DNA of 54,523 bases, counting the filler, from Trypethelium eluteriae (taxonomy: Eukaryota): NCBI GenBank assembly GCA_051942245.1. It is 4 parts of 4 records of this genome, joined end to end, with 100 filler letters (N's around TTAATTAATTAA, not from the genome) between each part and the next. Parts side by side here need not be neighbours in the genome. Positions count along the whole stretch, not along the records: positions 40,993 to 54,523 come from JAVECL010000732.1; 3 more parts are not named here. The stretch is one strand, 5' to 3'. The notes below the pieces were generated by a model. The model was not told the origin of the DNA and ran no database searches. It saw only the letters and a list, made by a program, of their open reading frames with translations. Shown here piece by piece: positions 49,680 through 54,523 of this stretch (positions within the stretch are counted from its first letter, which is position 1; the number at the start of each line of letters is the position of its first letter). The translations under genes and the position numbers were made by a program.

Positions 49680-49980
49680 TGAGTGAACTGTTTCTTAAAT
49701 GTCAGAATGCTGTTTCTCAATTCATAAAACAATCTCTGAGTTTTGAACCTTTATCGTTTCTGTCTGTCCATAAGAGCAGGCATTCGGAGGTGCGACGAGG
49801 TTGCGTATGGTCCTTGATCGACGTTGGCACAATGAGTGAACTGTTTCTCTTTGTCAGAATGGGTTTCCCCAATCTCCAAAACAATCTCTGAATTTTGAAC
49901 CTTCTTTTGTTTCTGTCTGTTCGTAAGAGAAAGCATTCAGAGGCGCGACGAGGTTGAGTATGGTCCTTGGTCGACGTTGG
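49680..49980. repeat. Diverged tandem duplication, 153-bp period, 2 copies (49680-49827, 49833-49980)
   Basis: Both copies run TGAGTGAACTGTTTCT...TGTCAGAATG...AAAACAATCTCTGA.TTTTGAACCTT...GCGACGAGGTTG.GTATGGTCCTTG.TCGACGTTGG. Confidence 0.92.
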
Positions 49981-51140
49981 TGAAGGGCTGAGGTACTTTT
50001 GTCTGTCTTTTCGCAAGGCCGATGTCAATCCCCATTAACAATCATGCTCTGCGATGCAAGAAGAACCATTTCATCGGAAGTCTGGCGTTTCTTGAAGGAT
50101 ATCTGTGGTGATCGATGTGGATGTCGTGGACCGTCGTGGACCGTTATGGACGCCGCAGATACCGAGATAGAGGAATCGGAACTTGACTTCACAAGCATCA
50201 AGAGTACCAGCTAGCAGTAGCCTGACCAAGCGAACGTCACCTATGCATGCCTCACAGGAAGTCTGGGGTACGGTGTGGCCCACAGAGGGATTACGATGCA
50301 AGATTCGCTAAGACCACTACTCCAGGAGAGGAAGAACATTGACAGCGACCTCAGAAACGCATTCACAGAGACTCACCTCCTCACTGACATAGGGAATGAT
50401 GAGTGAAAGATCAGCTTAGGTGAATGAGCTCTACTTCAGCATTTTAAACATGGCTTTGCGGTTGTCTTTGGGTCCAAAAATCGGTATCTCATGAAAAAGA
50501 AGTCGAATCAAGCGAAATTCAAGGAAAATCGAGCAAATCGGTTAAAAGAATTTGGCAAGATTCGAAGTCTGAACTGCCGGGGTGGCAGCATAGTATCTGA
50601 ACGCGGTTGGTTCCGAGTGATTCCCACGGGAATCGCAATATGGACTCTGCTCCGGATAACATGGATTGCTGAGATCGACTCCTGGTCAAAGCGCTGCAAA
50701 CGTGGCGCGGGACCGGAATGAGGTCCGGCAATGTAAGACCCCATGGGAAAACTATGGGGCACCAACCAATGGTGCATGTGGATTAATGGCTCCTTGCCAA
50801 GGTCTTACAAAATGCATTTGAGGATACGTCATTACTTTGTTTGATGCAATGTGTCATACGTAGTGATGTTCAGTCCTCTCCTTGATGGTTTGTGACTGCG
50901 GTACTCCGAATGTTGAAAGACATGGTGAGGCTTCCGTAGCCATTAGTCATCAAGGGGCTTGGTTGGGGCAATTGGATGAGATGGAAGACGCATGCCGTCA
51001 GAGTGTGCATGAGCGAGCTTTCATCTCGGCATCTATTGCCTCGAACAATACAACTTCTAGACCCGTCTGAAGGTTTTATTCCGAATGACGTAGTCCAACC
51101 CGCAGAGTATGACAGCTCTGATAATGGGTTTTACGAAGTT
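49981..51140 (+). other. Probable rDNA promoter region / 5' external transcribed spacer
   Basis: Non-coding, immediately upstream of the 18S 5' end, with several hairpins (e.g. CCCCATGGGAAAACTATGGGG). Transcription start not identifiable. Confidence 0.55.
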
Positions 51141-51192
51141 TACCTGGTTGATTCTGCCAGTAGTCATATGCTTGTCTCAAAGATTAAGCCAT

Positions 51193-51245
51193 GTAAGCAA
51201 TTTCTCTTCTCTCCGCATTTCTGATCCTCACTAACAATTTACCAG
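51193..51245 (+). other. Spliceosomal (U2-type) intron in 18S rRNA, 53 nt, site ~S56
   Basis: AGCCAT|GTAAGC...pyrimidine tract...CACTAAC AATTTACCAG|GCATGT. Confidence 0.93.
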
Positions 51246-51590
51246 GCATGTCTAAGTATAAGCATTTATACAGCGAAACTGCGAATGGCTCATTAAATCA
51301 GTTATCGTTTATTTGATAGTACCTTACTACTTGGATACCTGTGGTAATTCTAGAGCTAATACATGCTTAAAAGCCCAACTTGCGAAGGGCTGTATTTATT
51401 AGATAAAAAACCAATGCCTTCGGGCTTCTTGGTGATTCATAATAACTTAACGAATCGCATGGCCTTGCGCCGGCGATGGTTCATTCAAATTTCTGCCCTA
51501 TCAACTTTCGATTGTAGGATAGAGGCCTACAATGGTTTCAACGGGTAACGGGGAATTAGGGTTCTATTCCGGAGAGGGAGCCTGAGAAAC

Positions 51591-51662
51591 GTGAGTAATC
51601 TTCTTGATCCGATTTGTTTCTTCTTGATCCGATAAACAAATAATACTAACATTTTATCTTAG
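51591..51662 (+). other. Spliceosomal (U2-type) intron in 18S rRNA, 72 nt, site ~S330
   Basis: GAGAAAC|GTGAGT...TACTAAC ATTTTATCTTAG|GGCTACC. Confidence 0.95.
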
Positions 51663-51823
51663 GGCTACCACATCCAAGGAAGGCAGCAGGCGCGCAAATT
51701 ACCCAATCCCAATACGGGGAGGTAGTGACAATAAATACCGATCCAGGGTTCTTTCGGATCTTGGAATTGGAATGAGTACAATTTAAATCCCTTAACGAGG
51801 AACAATTGGAGGGCAAGTCTGGT

Positions 51824-52481
51824 CGACAGGGTAGTCGCGACAATGTAATTGTCTTCTACTGGCGCCAGCAAGATTGGGGGCCCATCCGAATCATGTTCGG
51901 AGAAACACTCATTAGTCGAACATCCGCAAAGTAATGGGTGGATGTCGGCAAGGTAACCTGGGACGAGGAAGTCATATCGTTTGATGTGACAATCTCGTAG
52001 CAAATGAAACATTGTTTCGTCTGCTGTAACGCGCGGCAAGGTACCGGTCCTGCGAAATCGTCGTGGCGACTCATGGAACGTGCTATATTTACACGCAAGT
52101 GTGTCTTGGATAAAAGTCCCCATTAGATGAATATCCAAGGGCGCATCCTTTGATGTGCGATAAAGTGGGTGTCTGGTTTTTGATGGCGAGATAGTTTACT
52201 TTCTGTTGGGGGCTATGGGGCGTGTTATTAAGATGACTTTTGTACGCTTACAGTAGTATGTAGCGTAATTGAAGGTTGTTCTTTTTTAACTCCCGGGGAC
52301 CCTCTATCAACGTCGTAAATCAAACTTTCTTCAAATGAAACTTCAGAAAAGTCTGAGGAAGATTACTCTGCTGTTCAGCGTTGTGGGCACAATCCCAATT
52401 GCTGGAGCATTGTTTATCAAGGAGAGTTTGTCGATAAGACTCGCTGGTCTCAGAACTAGATATCTGCTTCCCTTTTTTCAG
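51824..52481 (+). ncRNA. Group I intron, subgroup IE, at S516 (658 nt)
   Basis: Exon ends in U (TCTGGT) and intron ends in G. IGS CTGGC-GCCAG (51859-51868) pairs both exons. IE core strings GGCAAGGTAACCTGG, AATCTCGTAGC, GTAACGCGCGGCAAGG, GGAACGTGCTA; P9 hairpin ACAC-GCAA-GTGT. Confidence 0.88.
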
Positions 52482-52851
52482 GCCAGCAGCCGCGGTAATT
52501 CCAGCTCCAATAGCGTATATTAAAGTTGTTGCAGTTAAAAAGCTCGTAGTTGAACCTTGGGTTTGGCCGCATGGTCCGTCTCACGGCGTGTACTTTGTGG
52601 CCGAACCTTTCCTTCTGGGGAGCTCTATGGCCTTCACTGGCTGTAGTAGGGAACCAGGACTTTTACTTTGAAAAAATTAGAGTGTTCAAAGCAGGCCTTT
52701 GCTCGAATACATTAGCATGGAATAATAGAATAGGACGGCGATCTTATTTTGTTGGTTTTTAAGACCGCCGTAATGATTAATAGGGACTGTCGGGGGCATT
52801 CGTATTCATATGTCAGAGGTGAAATTCTTGGATCATTTGAAGACGATCTAT

Positions 52852-52887
<36 letters not shown>

Positions 52888-52917
52888 GTGAACGAAAGTT
52901 AGGGGATCGAAGACGAT

Positions 52918-54297
52918 TGTTTTATGGAGAACTATGAAGTCCGTAGAAGCGAATAAGTACAGCATATCAGAATCGGTAGTATTGATATCGGTTCACTCTA
53001 GTCCAGCGAGTAATTCGTTCGGGTCAACATTGGCTTCTTCTGCCGCCTCTTCCACAATAAACTCTGTCCAGTCTATGATTTCAGCGCTTCGATGCCCTGC
53101 TATGCAGGGGTTCGGTCTGTGATTGCATAGCGTTCCGCCAGGACAATTGTCTCTTAGTCTGTTGAACCAGCTTGGCTCCCAGCCGAGATGGTCTTCATTC
53201 ACGCATAGTCTATCGTGACAGAAGTGCGATGCCACCCATGTGGCAGCCTTTTCATTCCCGGGACTTGAGGACTTTGAGCGCTTCTGCTGAACTTTTCGGA
53301 GTCCGAGGATAAGGCGGTGGATTAAACGCAGGTCGAGCTTTCTTTGCTTTGAGTAAGGCGATATGGTAGATTTCGTATCGTGAGGGTGCTTCAGTACAGA
53401 TTGTGCGGAGTTTCTCAAGATAATTTTTATCTGCAATAGGTCTCGTTCCAGCAGTGAAGCCGATAACATGTTGGCATCCGCTAGAGGTAGTTTTGATGCG
53501 TGCGATCTTGTTTATGAGGTGACGTCGGATTGAGTCGAGCTCAGGATGTTGGAGTAACTCGTTGAACCAGTTTATCTGGCTAGACCCACCAGGGTTCACT
53601 CTGACAATCTTTGGCGTCTTATCCGAGACGGAAGCAGTGTCATTCTCGGCTTCACTCAGAACATGTGCATCGTCCGCTCCGGGCTTGGCAGCCGGGAAGA
53701 AACTAGTGATAGAGTTTGAGGAGATCTCACAGTACTCTTCGTGGTATGCTGCAAATCGATAGTATCGGTTGTGCGGCTACGAGACTGAAGGTTGTATCTG
53801 GTCGTCTACAGTTAGTATCTAGTCTTCAGATGGAAGGCGACACCATCCAAGTGCGGGAACTTCTTCGAAGGTTGTTTGCTCACCTATCTGGCGTTGCGAA
53901 GCGCTGGAGGCCTCTTCGTCTGAGGGTATGGTTATAGAAGCATCCAGCTGTAGCATTTCTCGATCTGAGTGTGGGCGGATCGGAGCGGATGAAATCTCCG
54001 CTTGACCGGCCCATCATACACCGAGCTCGCTTCATTCTGGCTCTAGTCTAGAACAGCGATGGTGGTGAGGAAGTAGCGATGATAGGTTGGAAGGTGCGGT
54101 CAGACGAAAGTTTACCCGCCTTCGGATCGGCTCAAAGTTCTTCCGGCTCCGATCGGCTTAAAGGAATGCGACGAAGGAAACCCGCAGCCAAGCTCGGTTC
54201 TATGTCGAGTGCAGTCCACAGGCCAAATGTTGGTGGGAGAACAGAGTGTCTCCTAAGATATGGTCGATTCATCATAAGCGTGATGAGATTTTGAATG
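52918..54297 (+). ncRNA. Group I intron, subgroup IC1, at S788 (1,380 nt)
   Basis: AGACGAT|...AATG|CAGATAC. IGS GTATCTG-GTCGTCT (53794-53807). P element AAGTGCGGGAA (~53850), Q AACCCGCAGC (~54180), R GTCCACAGGCCAA (~54215), S TAAGATATGGTCG (~54254). Confidence 0.92.
52993..53725 (-). pseudogene. His-Cys box homing endonuclease gene, antisense in the P1 loop of the S788 intron; frameshifted, no in-frame ATG
   Basis: C-terminal ASHFCHDRLCVNEDHLGWEPSWFNRLRDNC...CNHRPNPC is the His-Cys box Zn-binding signature. The N-terminal half (GCQHVIG...YHIALL) is in a different frame that stops at 53252. Confidence 0.88.
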
Positions 54298-54404
54298 CAG
54301 ATACCGTCGTAGTCTTAACCATAAACTATGCCGACTAGGGATCGGACGATGTTATTATCTTGACTCGTTCGGCACCTTACGAGAAATCAAAGTTTTTGGG
54401 TTCT

Positions 54405-54438
<34 letters not shown>

Positions 54439-54523
54439 AAATTGACGGAAGGGCACCACCAGGCGTGGAGCCTGCGGCTTAATTTGACTCAACACGGGGA
54501 AACTCACCAGGTCCAGACACAAG

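Larger units (their letters stand above)
51141..54523 (+). rRNA. 18S (SSU) rRNA, 5' portion; exons 51141-51192, 51246-51590, 51663-51823, 52482-52917, 54298-54523
   Basis: Starts TACCTGGTTGATTCTGCCAGTAGTCATATGCTTGTCTC. Contains GCCAGCAGCCGCGGTAATTCC, CAGATACCGTCGTAGTC and AAACTTAAAGAAATTGACGG. Removing the four inserts restores the canonical sequence exactly. Confidence 0.99.

Noticed and set aside
51822..52481. Reading the S516 insert as a GT-AG spliceosomal intron (GTCGAC...CAG)
   Set aside because: Splicing there would delete 2 nt from the universally conserved GGTGCCAGC; a group IE core and IGS are present instead.
51363..52937. Short ORFs overlapping 18S exons and the S516 intron
   Set aside because: Incidental frames in rRNA and ribozyme sequence with no protein motifs.
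53960..54110. CTGA...GAAA strings suggesting a hammerhead ribozyme in the P5 extension
   Set aside because: No CUGANGA core with correctly placed stems.

Overview
Filamentous ascomycete (Pezizomycotina-type) nuclear DNA. The window is four separate contigs (13,577, 13,558, 13,557 and 13,531 bp) joined by artificial N44-TTAATTAATTAA-N44 linkers, so adjacency across linkers carries no information. Contig 1 is an accessory region: RIP-degraded Ty3/Gypsy and Ty1/Copia relics, two related LTRs, a fold-back MITE, an intact FAD monooxygenase and several pseudogenes with RIP-type damage, including an M20 amidohydrolase. Contig 2 carries housekeeping genes (eIF1/SUI1, Asterix-like, Med12/SRB8, SCO1, a SPOUT methyltransferase). 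Contig 3 carries PNGase A, a repeat-rich secreted/mucin-like protein, a HeLo-like-N gene with an internal stop, and partial SPF45. Contig 4 carries LIN1/CD2BP2, UFD1 and HSF1, followed head-to-head by an 18S rRNA gene. The 18S is the most striking element: within the visible part it holds two spliceosomal introns (E. coli-equivalent sites ~S56 and ~S330), a group IE intron at S516 with a large structured 3' extension, and a group IC1 intron at S788 whose P1 loop contains an antisense, frameshifted His-Cys box homing endonuclease gene flanked by short direct repeats. All calls were made by reading the sequence; no database searches were run.
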